Made by a program: the position numbers and the translations under genes. DNA of 63,626 nucleotides, the filler included, from Octopus bimaculoides (lineage: Eukaryota): assembly GCF_001194135.2 (NCBI RefSeq). It is 8 parts of 8 records of this genome, joined end to end, with 100 filler letters (N's around TTAATTAATTAA, not from the genome) between each part and the next. Parts side by side here need not be neighbours in the genome. Positions count along the whole stretch, not along the records: positions 1 to 16,855 come from NC_068981.1; positions 16,956 to 23,419 come from NC_068993.1; positions 23,520 to 29,391 come from NC_068983.1; 5 more parts are not named here. One strand, 5' to 3'. Below are positions 13,837-25,490 of this stretch, one piece after another; position 1 is the stretch's first letter, and every line of letters begins with the position of its first letter. Under the pieces are notes generated by a model. That model saw only the letters and a list, made by a program, of their open reading frames with translations. It searched no databases and was not told the origin of the DNA.

Positions 13837-14600
13837 TATTGTTGACTGATTTAGTGTGACTGATGAGTGAAAAGTTTTGCAATATTTTGGTAACTTATTC
13901 ACTTTATTTATCAAGTTACAACAAAAGCAGCCTAGCATTGCAAGTAGGGGCCAATCGTGTTGCACCGTCTGAAGCTCCCCCCTTTTTTTTTTGCCAGTTC
14001 CTTGATCCCATGCTGATACCAGTTCTTGTCCTTTGAGATGAAGAATTCCTTCACAGAAGCTTCCACCTCCTCTTGGTTGATGAAGTGTCATGAGTGAAGG
14101 AAATGAGCCATGGATTGGAACCAGTAATAATCCAAGGGAGGCTAGGTCCTGTCTGTATGCTGGGAGTGGCATCAGTTTGATTCCTTCAAGTTTCTTATTT
14201 CTTTATTGCCCACAAGGGGTTAAACACAGAGGGGACAAACAAGGACAGACAAAGGGATTAAGTCGATTACATCGACTCCAGTGCGTACCTGGTACTTAAT
14301 TTATCGACCCCAAAAGGATGAAAGGCAAAGTCGACCTCGGTGGAATTTGAACTCAGAACGTAACGGCAGACGAAATGCCACTAAGCATTTCGCCCAGCGT
14401 GCTAACATTTCTGCCAGTTCATTCAAGCATCATGAGATCTTACCTCGTCTTGCTGCAGATAGTTCATTTTCCTGTTAACCAATGCTGCATATTTTTGCTG
14501 CACGCTGGCAGACATCCACTCCAGCTGTCTAAAGCACAGGTTGGCACCAATTGCTCAACCATCCAGAATGAACTTATAGTGAATTATTTCCTCATAATTC
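13837..14600 (-). mobile_element. mariner (DD34D-type) transposase 3' part plus TIR, interrupted by a SINE B copy
   Basis: Minus strand encodes YLQQDEVRSH, PLPAYRQDLASLDYYWFQSMAHFL and EFFISKDKNWYQHGIKELA. Confidence 0.8.
14191..14420 (-). mobile_element. SINE family B inserted in mariner
   Basis: Young-looking copy with tail ...AATAAAGAAATAAGAAAC on the minus strand. Confidence 0.9.
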
Positions 14601-14689
14601 CAAAAGATGCAGAGCATCAACTTATGTTCCAAACTCCCGTGTTTGGTGACAGAAGCTGGCCTTTGCTTACCCACTGCAGAGACACATTA

Positions 14690-14964
14690 GGATCATAGGA
14701 AAATGTTGTTTTGATTCCCTGGCTCAGTTCCTCTGCTTACAACACTTTCATCAACAAAGAGGAGGTGGCAGCTTCAGTGGAAGGGTTCTTTGCCTCAAAA
14801 GATTGGAACTGGTATCAGTTTGGAATCAAAGGAGTGGCAGAAAGATAGCTTTAGGTGGGGCAACACAATGGCCTCTACTTTGAATGCTAGGCTGCTTTTG
14901 GTGTAACGAGGAATAAAGCAAATAAAATACCAAAATATTGCAAAACTTTTGACTCGACACAATA
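14690..14964 (+). mobile_element. mariner 3' end plus TIR, inverted relative to 13837-14190
   Basis: Encodes FINKEEVAASVEGFFASKDWNWYQFGIK; TIR ACCAAAATATTGCAAAACTTTTGACTCGACACAATA. Confidence 0.8.
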
Positions 14965-15528
14965 TTTTAAAGATGTCTTGGACATCATTTCATGTCCACA
15001 TCTTTTATATTTACATGGGTTGGGTGGAATTCATTTAAACAGGTTTCCTATGGTTGGATGCCCTTCCTGTCACTTCTCTGTTTCCAAACAAGCTAATACT
15101 TCTCCATGGTAAGACAGGTTTTACATGGAAGAGTGACAATGAACAACATTGCTTGTGTGATGGTGATGCTCGTTTATGACCATTGTGTGATGTCAGGATG
15201 AGGGTACACGCATACGTGTGTGTGTGTAATATATAAACAGGCTTCTTTCAGTTTCTGTTTAGCAAATTTACTCAAAAGATTTTGGTTGAGCGGGACTATA
15301 ATAAAAGACTTATGTCTGAGGTGCAATGAGACTGAACCAGAAACACATGGCTTGGAATCTTGCTTCCCATCCACACAGCCATGTCTGCACAATTGGATAT
15401 TAATTTATAAGGTTTCGTGTGACTCAATAGTTGTCTCTTAGATATTTAGAGATAACACACACACACATAACATGATATAGTTTACACTAATAAATGACAA
15501 TACACAGATGGTGGTGATAAATGCCATG

Positions 15529-15560
<32 letters not shown>

Positions 15561-16308
15561 TGATGGCAAGTGTTGGGTTGGTCATCGTGGTGTGAGTCAG
15601 TTCTCCTTTGGAATAACTGTCCTTCTCAAATATCGGAGATAATAGTTCCTGTTGTTGGCAATCCTGTCCCATTTCATGACAGAACTCTTACATGACTCTT
15701 CTTTTCACCAACCACTTCACACTGTCCTGGTTGCAAATTGTCATAGCACCAGCATCTGAGAGGTTGTCTCATCCTAGACAGGACCACATCCAGTCCCTTC
15801 TTCTCTGCTTTGCTTCTGTTTATTCTTTTCTTTCTCCGACAACTAGTGGGGTGGAGGGGCTTAGTCTGTAATTGAAGTTAAAAAGTCCCCTTTATCTTGT
15901 ATAATTCTCAACTAAAGTGTCCCTTTCACCCCACACCATATTTTGGGGGTAAAGAGTTCTCTCCTCCTGTATCTTTTGTTTTTTTTTTCTGTTAGAAGTG
16001 GGGGTTAACAGTTGCATGGTTTCTAGACTTCTATTTCTGAGGGTTGCTTCTGTTCTTGTCCCCAGAGGCTGCCTGGTATTTTTTGTCTTTTTCACAAACC
16101 ATGGGACTAATAAGGTCAGGGCTTAAGCTGGTTCAAGTGTGCCCGTGTAGTAAGAAGTTTGGTTCCGAACCACCTGGTTCTGAGTTCAGTCCCATTGCAT
16201 GACACCTTGAACAAGTGTCTTCTACCATAGCCCTAGGCCAACCAAAGCCTTGTGAGTGGATTTGGTAAACTGAAAGAATGTCATGCGTGTATATATATAT
16301 ATAAATTA

Positions 16309-16552
16309 AAAACGTAAAAATAAAAACAAAAAAATTCCGCAAAGGATTCCGCGGTACACGTGTTTCAAGCTTTATAGTCGTTGCATCATTATTGGTATAT
16401 AATTGATAGTATAAAGCTATCTTCAGCCGCAAATATATTCTGAAGATAGCTTTATACTATCAATTATATACCAATAATGATGCAACGACTATAAAGCTTG
16501 AAACATGTGTACCGCAGAATCCTTTGTGTTTTGTTTTTTATTTTTACGTTTT
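16309..16552. repeat. 244-bp near-perfect palindrome (inverted PLE-type terminal repeats)
   Basis: 16361-16426 is the exact reverse complement of 16440-16505; 13-nt spacer; arms extend with few mismatches to 16309/16552. Confidence 0.95.
16351..16430 (-). ncRNA. Type I hammerhead ribozyme motif (long stem II)
   Basis: GCGG-CUGAAGA-U-AGCUUUAUA..UAUAAAGCU-U-GAAA-CACGUG-UA-CCGC: 4-bp stem I, 9-bp stem II, palindromic stem III ACACGUGU, GUA cleavage triplet. Confidence 0.7.
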
Positions 16553-16644
16553 GTATGTGTTTAATTTATTCTTTCACCCCGGCCACGATCTGACATACAC
16601 AGGTGCTTACAATTATCAAGTATTACCTCTAACATTTACTTTAC

Positions 16645-16678
<34 letters not shown>

Positions 16679-18459
16679 TTCTGTTTGTCCCTCCATCACA
16701 GCTTGATAACTGGTGTTGGTATGTTTATGTCCCCATGATTTAGCTGTTCAGCAGTCAATTCATTTGACTAAAAATTCTTCAAGGTGGTACCTCAGCATGG
16801 CTGCAGTCTAATAACTAAAATAAGTAGAAGATATGAGTAACTGAGATTACAACCCNNNNNNNNNNNNNNNNNNNNNNNNNNNNNNNNNNNNNNNNNNNNT
16901 TAATTAATTAANNNNNNNNNNNNNNNNNNNNNNNNNNNNNNNNNNNNNNNNNNNNTATATATATAGGACGGGCTTTTAGCTTCTGTCTACATAATCTACT
17001 CACAAGGCATTGGTCGGTCCGAGGCTATAGTAGAAGTCACTTGTCCAAGGTACCATGCAGTGGGGCTTGACCCAGGACCATGTAGTTGGGAAGCAATCTT
17101 CTTACCACGCACCCACGCCTATATATACATATATATACAGGCACTCCCCATACACACACATGCACTTACAAAAACATAGACACGTTGAAGGATACGCATG
17201 CGTAGACACATACAATAGGAATACAAAATACAAAATGGCTGATAGTTAGCAAGGTGAGACACACATAAGAAAGAAGAAAGCAAAGGACCATTGATGAGGT
17301 CACAGAAGTGTGACGAAAGAACTGTGGCTGAAATAGGATTAATGTAATATAAAGTTGAAGCAAATTAACACCAAATATACAGTGCGTGTGTTTTTATTGG
17401 CTAAACTGGCAATATGATCATCCCCAAGTACAACACACACACACACACACACACACACACANNNNNNNNNNNNNNNNNNNNNNNNNNNNNNNNNNNNNNN
17501 NNNNNNNNNNNNNNNNNNNNNNNNNNNNNNNNNNNNNNNNNNNNNNNNNNNNNNNNNNNNNNNNNNNNNNNNNNNNNNNNNNNNNNNNNNNNNNNNNNNN
17601 NNNNNNNNNNNNNNNNNNNNNNNNNNNNNNNNNNNNNNNNNNNNNNNNNNNNNNNNNNNNNNNNNNNNNNNNNNNNNNNNNNNNNNNNNNNNNNNNNNNN
17701 NNNNNNNNNNNNNNNNNNNNNNNNNNNNNNNNNNNNNNNNNNNNNNNNNNNNNNNNNNNNNNNNNNNNNNNNNNNNNNNNNNNNNNNNNNNNNNNNNNNN
17801 NNNNNNNNNNNNNNNNNNNNNNNNNNNNNNNNNNNNNNNNNNNNNNNNNNNNNNNNNNNNNNNNNNNNNNNNNNNNNNNNNNNNNNNNNNNNNNNNNNNN
17901 NNNNNNNNNNNNNNNNNNNNNNNNNNNNNNNNNNNNNNNNNNNNNNNNNNNNNNNNNNNNNNNNNNNNNNNNNNNNNNNNNNNNNNNNNNNNNNNNNNNN
18001 NNNNNNNNNNNNNNNNNNNNNNNNNNNNNNNNNNNNNNNNNNNNNNNNNNNNNNNNNNNNNNNNNNNNNNNNNNNNNNNNNNNNNNNNNNNNNNNNNNNN
18101 NNNNNNNNNNNNNNNNNNNNNNNNNNNNNNNNNNNNNNNNNNNNNNNNNNNNNNNNNNNNNNNNNNNNNNNNNNNNNNNNNNNNNNNNNNNNNNNNNNNN
18201 NNNNNNNNNNNNNNNNNNNNNNNNNNNNNNNNNNNNNNNNNNNNNNNNNNNNNNNNNNNNNNNNNNNNNNNNNNNNNNNNNNNNNNNNNNNNNNNNNNNN
18301 NNNNNNNNNNNNNNNNNNNNNNNNNNNNNNNNNNNNNNNNNNNNNNNNNNNNNNNNNNNNNNNNNNNNNNNNNNNNNNNNNNNNNNNNNNNNNNNNNNNN
18401 NNNNNNNNNNNNNNNNNNNNNNNNNNNNNNNNNNNNNNNNNNNNNNNNNNNNNNCTACG

Positions 18460-18525
<66 letters not shown>

Positions 18526-18539
18526 CTTTTTTTCTTTCA

Positions 18540-18962
18540 TTATTTTCTTTTACTTATTTCAGTCATTTGACTGCAGCCATGCTAGAACACCGCCTTAAAG
18601 GGTTTTGGTCGGTTGACAAGCGATGGTGGTGATACAAATACAGACACAAACGCGCGCGCAGACAGACAGACAGACACACACACAGACACACACACACACA
18701 CACACACAAACAAACGCACACACACACACATACACACACACACACGCACGCACGCACGAAACGCACGCGTGCACACACAGTTACCCCCCATATATATAGG
18801 ACGGGCTTCTTTCAGTTTCCCTCTACCAAATTCACTCACAAAGCATTGGTCGGCCTGAGGTTACTGTAGAAGTCACTTGCCTAAGGTGCCACGCAGTGGG
18901 ACTGAACTCAGGACCATGTGGTTGGGAAGCAAGTTTCTTACTACACAGCCACACCTACGCCT
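18540..18962 (-). mobile_element. SINE family A, full length with expanded internal (CA)/(GACA) microsatellite
   Basis: Matches the family consensus on both sides of the microsatellite. Confidence 0.85.
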
Positions 18963-19670
18963 GTGTATGTATGTATGTATGTATGTATGTATGTATGTAT
19001 GTATATATGCATGTATGTGTGAATGTCTATATATATATATANNNNNNNNNNNNNNNNNNNNNNNNNNNNNNNNNNNNNNNNNNNNNNNNNNNNNNNNNNN
19101 NNNNNNNNNNNNNNNNNNNNNNNNNNNNNNNNNNNNNNNNNNNNNNNNNNNNNNNNNNNNNNNNNNNNNNNNNNNNNNNNNNNNNNNNNNNNNNNNNNNN
19201 NNNNNNNNNNNNNNNNNNNNNNNNNNNNNNNNNNNNNNNNNNNNNNNNNNNNNNNNNNNNNNNNNNNNNNNNNNNNNNNNNNNNNNNNNNNNNNNNNNNN
19301 NNNNNNNNNNNNNNNNNNNNNNNNNNNNNNNNNNNNNNNNNNNNNNNNNNNNNNNNNNNNNNNNNNNNNNNNNNNNNNNNNNNNNNNNNNNNNNNNNNNN
19401 NNNNNNNNNNNNNNNNNNNNNNNNNNNNNNNNNNNNNNNNNNNNNNNNNNNNNNNNNNNNNNNNNNNNNNNNNNNNNNNNNNNNNNNNNNNNNNNNNNNN
19501 NNNNNNNNNNNNNNNNNNNNNNNNNNNNNNNNNNNNNNNNNNNNNNNNNNNNNNNNNNNNNNNNNNNNNNNNNNNNNNNNNNNNNNNNNNNNNNNNNNNN
19601 NNNNNNNNNNNNNNNNNNNNNNNNNNNNNNNNNNNNNNNNNNNNNNNNNNNNNNNNNNNNNNNNNNNNNN

Positions 19671-19709
<39 letters not shown>

Positions 19710-19789
19710 TAAAATAACAGAAATAAATACAAATTACAAATTGGGATAAAAACTAAGTAGCTTTTAAAGATTGCCCTGAAGGGGTCTAT

Positions 19790-20558
19790 ATAAGATATAG
19801 GACAACAGGAAAACTGTTCAATCTCAAAAGACTGTGCCAATACGAAAGTTCTGCATTCTCACCTTATTGAGTTTCTGTATGCAGATGATTGTGACCTGTT
19901 GGCACATTCTAAGAAAGAAATGCAGCACATGGTGAATGCCATTTCTGCACCATGTGCAGCATTGGGTCTAACAATCAATCTAAAAAAAAAACTGTTATAA
20001 TGTACCAGCCCGCTTCCTCGAAGATGTATGTGGAACTTTTTATAACTGTGAATGGTCAAAAGTGGGAAACTGTACCTAGATTTATTTATTTAGGAATTAC
20101 CTTGAGCAGTGCTCAATCAACAAGGCTAGTAGTGTTTTTAGTAGGCTTGACAGGCGTCTGTGGAAACAACATAATATATCTTCACAAATTAAAGTTAAGG
20201 TATATAACACATGCGTCCTCCCATCTTTGCTATATGGAAGTGAGGCATGGATTGTTTACCGTAGGCAGGTAAAGCAATTGGAACGATTTCATCAATACTG
20301 TCTGAGAAAAATTTGGGGGATAATCTGGAAAATGGCCATTAGTAATGTGGAGGTGCTTGAGAGGAGTGGCAGTAGAAGTATAGAGTCAATGATTTTGCTA
20401 AGACGTTTGAGGTGGTGGGGGGACATTTGGTAAGGATGAGTGATGAGCGACTGCCCAAGCAGCTATTGTATGGTGAGCTAGAAGATAGCAGGAGAACAGC
20501 GCATAAGCTTAAACTAAGGTTTAAGGATTGCCTTAAAAATGCTCTAATACAGACAGGA
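19790..20558 (+). mobile_element. RTE-clade (BovB-like) LINE, RT C-terminal fragment
   Basis: FLYADDCDL, GLTINLKK, FIYLG, MLYGSEAW, RLRW.GHLVRM...RLPKQLLYGEL; frameshifted. Confidence 0.85.
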
Positions 20559-20699
20559 ANNNNNNNNNNNNNNNNNNNNNNNNNNNNNNNNNNNNNNNNN
20601 NNNNNNNNNNNNNNNNNNNNNNNNNNNNNNNNNNNNNNNNNNNNNNNNNNNNNNNNNNNGTCTGTCTGTCTGTGTGTTTCCCTAAAACTGGTGGTCAAT

Positions 20700-22270
20700 G
20701 CAGAAACTAGGGATAGATGAGTTGTTGGTTAGAGCTTTACAAGCCCCATACAAGGATGCTGTCAGTAAGGTGAGGGTTGGCAACGAGTACAGTGGAGAAT
20801 TCTGGGTAGAAGTAGGGTTCACCAAGTATCAGTCCTCAGCCCCCTCTTATTCATTATAGTCCTCCAGGCAATAACAGAGGAATTCAAGACAGGCTGCCCC
20901 TGGGATCTCCTTTATGCTGATGACCTTGCTCTAATAGCTGAGTCACTACCAGAACTAAAGATGAAGTTTAGGGTGTGGAAGCAAAGTCTAGAATTGAAGG
21001 ACCTTAGGGTTTACCTAGCAAAAACCAATGTCTTAGTAAGTAGGAAGGCTGTCAAATCACAAACCCCTTCAAGTAGATGGCTCTGCTCGATCTGTAGGAA
21101 AGGTGTGGATAGAAACTCCATACGGTGTACCTGGTGTAAGCTATGGACGCATAAAAGGTGTAGCAATATCAAAGGAAGGTTAACCAGGAAAATAGTTTTT
21201 GTGTGTAGCATATGCACAGGGGCAATAAACACTGAAGATGTACAGAAAACTAATTCCATCAAATGCCAGGGGGAAAAACTAGAAGTAGTTAATAGTTTCC
21301 ACTTCCTAGGTGACCAAGTCTGTAGTGGGGGTGGTTGCTCTGAGAGTGTAGTGGCTAGAATAAGAATAGTCTGGACAAAGTTCAGGGAACTCCTACTTCT
21401 GCTGGCAACTAAGAGCCTCTTGCTCAGGATGCAAGTAGACTGTATGATGCATGTGTGCGAACTGCCCTGCTGCATGACAGTGAAACATAGGCCATGACTG
21501 CTGAGGAAAGAAATGAAGCTAGTATGATCTGCTGGATGTGTAATGTCAGTGTGCATACACGACAGAGTGTAAGCGCCCCGAGAGAAAAGATGGGCATAAG
21601 AAGCATCAAATGTGGTATGCAAGAGAGACGACTGTACTAGTATGGTCATATGTTATGTATGGATGAGAACAGCTGTGTGAGGAAGTGTCACTCCCTAACT
21701 GTGGAAGAAACTTGTGGAAGAGGTAGATCCAGGAAGACATGGGATGAGGTGGTGAAGTATGACCTTCGAACATTGAACTGAACGTGGCCGATGCCAGTGC
21801 CGTCTGACTGGCTCCCATGCCGATGGCACATAAAAGGCATCATCTAAATATGGCTGATGCCAGTACCCCCTGATTGGCTCCTGTGCCAGTGGCACATAAA
21901 AAGCACTATCTGAATGTGATTGATACCAGGACTGCCTGAGTGGCCCCCATGCCGATGGCACATAAAAAGCACCATCCGAACGTGGCTGACGCCAGTACAC
22001 TCTGACTGGCTCCCGTGCCAGTGAGATGTAAAAAGCACTACCCAAATGTGATCGATGCCAGGCCCACCTGACTGGATCCTGTGCTGGTGGTATGTAAAAA
22101 GTACTCACTACACTCTTGGAGTGGTTGGCATTAGGAAGGGCATCCAGCTGTAGAAACCTTGCCAGATCAGATTGGAACCTGGTGCAGCTGCTGGCTCTCC
22201 AGACCTCAGTCAAACAGTCCAACCCATGCCAGCATAGAAAACGGAAGTTAAACAATGATGATGATGATGA
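20700..22270 (+). mobile_element. RTE LINE 3' half: RT, PHD-like finger, tandem-repeat 3' UTR and (ATG)n tail
   Basis: LLYADDLALIAES, CSIC..C..C...H..C...C..C finger, FHFLGD, ends ATGATGATG; degenerate with stops. Confidence 0.9.
21781..22110 (+). repeat. Five ~65-bp tandem units in the RTE 3' UTR
   Basis: Recurring GATGCCAG..CTGACTGGCTCC.GTGCC.GTGGCAC.TAAAAAGCAC unit. Confidence 0.85.
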
Positions 22271-23340
22271 TTTATTAGATTGATTTTAGGATGAGATGGT
22301 TTAGGGTTGGCTTCATTTTGTTTGGTTATTTATTATCAGAATAATAAGTCATTGTGAGCTGGAATATTAACACTATTAAGTTGGAGATTGTTTTGTTTTA
22401 GCTGGTATTAGGATTATCGCATTATTAGAACATTTGAATTTATTTATGCATTTGATATTTTTGGTTTTTCAATATTTGTACTGTTATTGTGGTTATAAAT
22501 AAGAGGGCTCAAATTCTGTTTAGAAGTTGATTGCCCCAACCCCTATATCTACTTTAGTGCATTCATGTACTTTAGTTATGGCTTGTTATTATTCAGTTTC
22601 ATTATTGTTTAATTGAATTAGGATATTTTTGTAATTTTATAATCTTTATTTCTATCATAACTACTTTTATATCAGGAGTTTGTATGATTTGTCAATGATA
22701 TAAAGAAGATTATTGCATTATCTAATTTTATGATTGGGTGAGTTGTAGATTTAGCACATTGGTTTGTTTAGTTTCTAACAGGTTCCATAAGACTAAAATT
22801 TTGAAATCTGTGCATAAAAATCAGTAGTATGGGATACATGTGTCCTGATTAGAATTTTTTTAGGGTGTGTAAAGAAGGAAAAGAACCCTCATCTGCAATT
22901 CTGATGAAATTTGAATCATAGGTATTCCAGTTCATTAGAGAAAATATAACAGAAAAGTCTAATTCTTCCATTGCATGTAACAAGGGCAACACCAGGTATC
23001 TCTGCTAGTAATATATAAAATACTTGTGATTATATTATCGATATTTTCTTTATTGCTGTCTTTTAGAAAGTGAATAAAAGAAATGGGGGAAATTATAAGC
23101 AGATTAATATATTGGTGTAATAGAAAGATATGATTTAAATCTTTTTTTTAAGTGGTTACCTATTTTTAACATTAATGAAGAATGTTAGGAATATAAACTG
23201 AGAGGCTATAGGGTGGTTAGAGATATTAAGAGGTCAAGCACTATTTATGATAATTAAGAAGATTATATAATTAATAGAATGATGAATAGTTGTTTTTATT
23301 TGATATTAATATAAGTGTTGCTATTTTTATAGTAATTATG
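22271..23340 (+). pseudogene. nad5: NUMT: decayed mitochondrial nad5, interrupted at ~22785-23012
   Basis: Invertebrate mitochondrial code gives [72 protein letters not shown] and, near the end, GWLEMLSGQ; many deletions. Confidence 0.9.
22785..23009 (+). mobile_element. Helitron-like non-autonomous insertion within the NUMT
   Basis: Non-mitochondrial segment ending GGGCAACACCAGGTATCTCTGCTAG|T, a Helitron-type CTAG 3' end. Confidence 0.35.
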
Positions 23341-23344
23341 ATTT

Positions 23345-23400
23345 GCTTAAATAGCTTAAATAGAGCGTGACATTGAAAGTGTCAGTAAATATCTTTAAGT
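23345..23400 (+). pseudogene. trnF: NUMT copy of mitochondrial tRNA-Phe (T arm shortened)
   Basis: Acceptor stem GCTTAAA/TTTAAGT; anticodon arm TGACA-TTGAAAG-TGTCA with GAA at 23375-23377; lies directly after the nad5 remnant. Confidence 0.85.
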
Positions 23401-23530
23401 AGTAGTATTTTAGTGGTAGNNNNNNNNNNNNNNNNNNNNNNNNNNNNNNNNNNNNNNNNNNNNTTAATTAATTAANNNNNNNNNNNNNNNNNNNNNNNNN
23501 NNNNNNNNNNNNNNNNNNNTATTGCTCTTT

Positions 23531-23540
23531 ATTATTATTA

Positions 23541-23635
<95 letters not shown>

Positions 23636-23636
23636 T
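23531..23636. repeat. (TTA)n microsatellite
   Basis: Long trinucleotide run; similar runs at 40225-40275, 41110-41170 and 45900-45969. Confidence 0.95.
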
Positions 23637-24094
23637 AACTTCCATTTCATCTTTTCAGAGTCGATTAAATAAAGTATCAATCAAGTACTGGCTTTTTACC
23701 AAAATTTGAAACCATTACTATTGATAAGAATGCGGCGAACTAGTAGAATCGTTAGCACGCCGGACAAAATGCTTAGTGGCATTTTTTATCGCTCTTAACG
23801 TTCTGAGTTCAACTCTCACTGTGGTCGGCTATACTTTTCATCCATTTGAGATCCATAAAATAGTACCAGTCAAGTACTGGGGAGGATGTTATCGGCTAGC
23901 CCTCTCATAAAATTGCTGGCCTTGTGCCAATATTTGAAACACTTATTATTATTGTTGTTATTGTTGTTGTTGCTATATTAATAATGCACCAACAAAGTAA
24001 TGAGTTGATTTAATCGATTATTCCCTCCTCCCAAATGTGTGCCTTTGTACCTATGCCAGAAATAGTCATCCTAATAATAATAATATTAATAATA

Positions 24095-25490
24095 TTTATA
24101 CGAAAGGAATTATATTACCAGGAGGGCAAGTTATGGAGGAAATTGACGAGAAAGGGTACAAGTACTTAGGTATCCTGAAAATAGACCAGATGAAACAGAA
24201 GGAAATGAAAGAACTGATATCAAAGGAATTTAAACGGAGATTGGAATTGGTATTAAAGACAAAGTTTAGTGGCAGGAATAAGATACTTGCTATCAACACA
24301 TGGGCCGTTGCAGCTCTGAGGTAAAGTACTGTTGTGAGAACTGGTGAACTTAAGGAGCTTGATAGAAAGACCAGTAAAAGGATGACAGTACAAGAGGTTC
24401 TATACCTCAAAAGTGACGTAGACCGTTTGTATCTATTGCGACAAAGAGGAGGAAGAGGTCTCATTAGCAGTGAACTGTGTGTGAAAACTGAGGAAAATAA
24501 TCTGGTATGGTACGTAAAGAATTCAAAGGAGAAATTGATGGCAGGAGTAAGAAAGATAAAAGTCCTAAGCAAGTGATGAAACGTAAGAACAGAAGAATTT
24601 AAACAAGACAGACAGAATGACACATTGAATAGATGGAAAGAAAAGAAAATGTATCGGCAATTCTTGTGGGATATGCCTGAAACAGTTGTCAAAGATAAGA
24701 CCTGGGAATGGATTAGGAAAAGCGACTTCAAAATTGAAACTGAAGCCCTTATGTTCGCAGCTCAAGAACAAGCACTAAGAACGAACTATATCAAGTTCAA
24801 TCTTGACAAGTCAGTGATTTCTCCACTTTGTAGGTTGTGTGGTGAGAAAGGTGATACAATAAACCGCATTATTAGACAATATGAAATGCTAACACAAAAA
24901 GAGTACAAGAGAAAGCACAACATCATTGCCAGATTGGTTCTCTTGAAGCTCTGTCATAAGTATGTTATGCGCAGAAGTGAGAAATGGTATGAGCACAAGG
25001 CGGAAAGGTTTGCTGAAAACGACCAATATAAGATCTTGTAGAACATGACTGTCCAGAGTGACCATTTTATTATGACTAGAAAACCTGACATTGTTGTTGT
25101 AGAAAAGAGGAACAAAGCAATTATTGAAGATATTGCTTTACCGTGGGACCACAGGGTGAATGAGAAGGAAAGTGAGAAAGTGAAGAAATATCAGGAGCTG
25201 AAGTGGCAAATCGGGAAACTATGGATAATCAGGCATGTAGAAGTGGTGCCGATTGTGGTTGGTGCATTGGAAGTAATTAGTGAAAGGTTGGATGCATAAC
25301 TTCAGAAGCTGGGAATTACCATCAGAACGCAGCTGTTGCAGAAAGCAGCCTTGTTAGAACTGCAACGATGCTAAGGAAGCTGTTAGAAAATTGAAGATGG
25401 AATGAACCAAAGGACCTTTGGTCATTTGATATAGTTCACTTTTTTGGTATAGTATCGGTATAACATCTGCCAGGTCAAAAGCGTCAATGA
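24095..25490 (+). mobile_element. R4/Dong-clade non-LTR retrotransposon, 5'-truncated (RT end, CCHC-type finger, RLE endonuclease)
   Basis: GYKYLGIL, NKILAINTWAV, RLYL.R..GGRGL, AAQEQAL, CRLCGEKGDTI, RKPDIVVVEK..IIEDIALPWD; AAT repeats on both flanks. Confidence 0.9.

Noticed and set aside
13856-13876. CTGATGAGTGAAA as a hammerhead
   Set aside because: No stem II or stem I; it is part of a mariner terminus.
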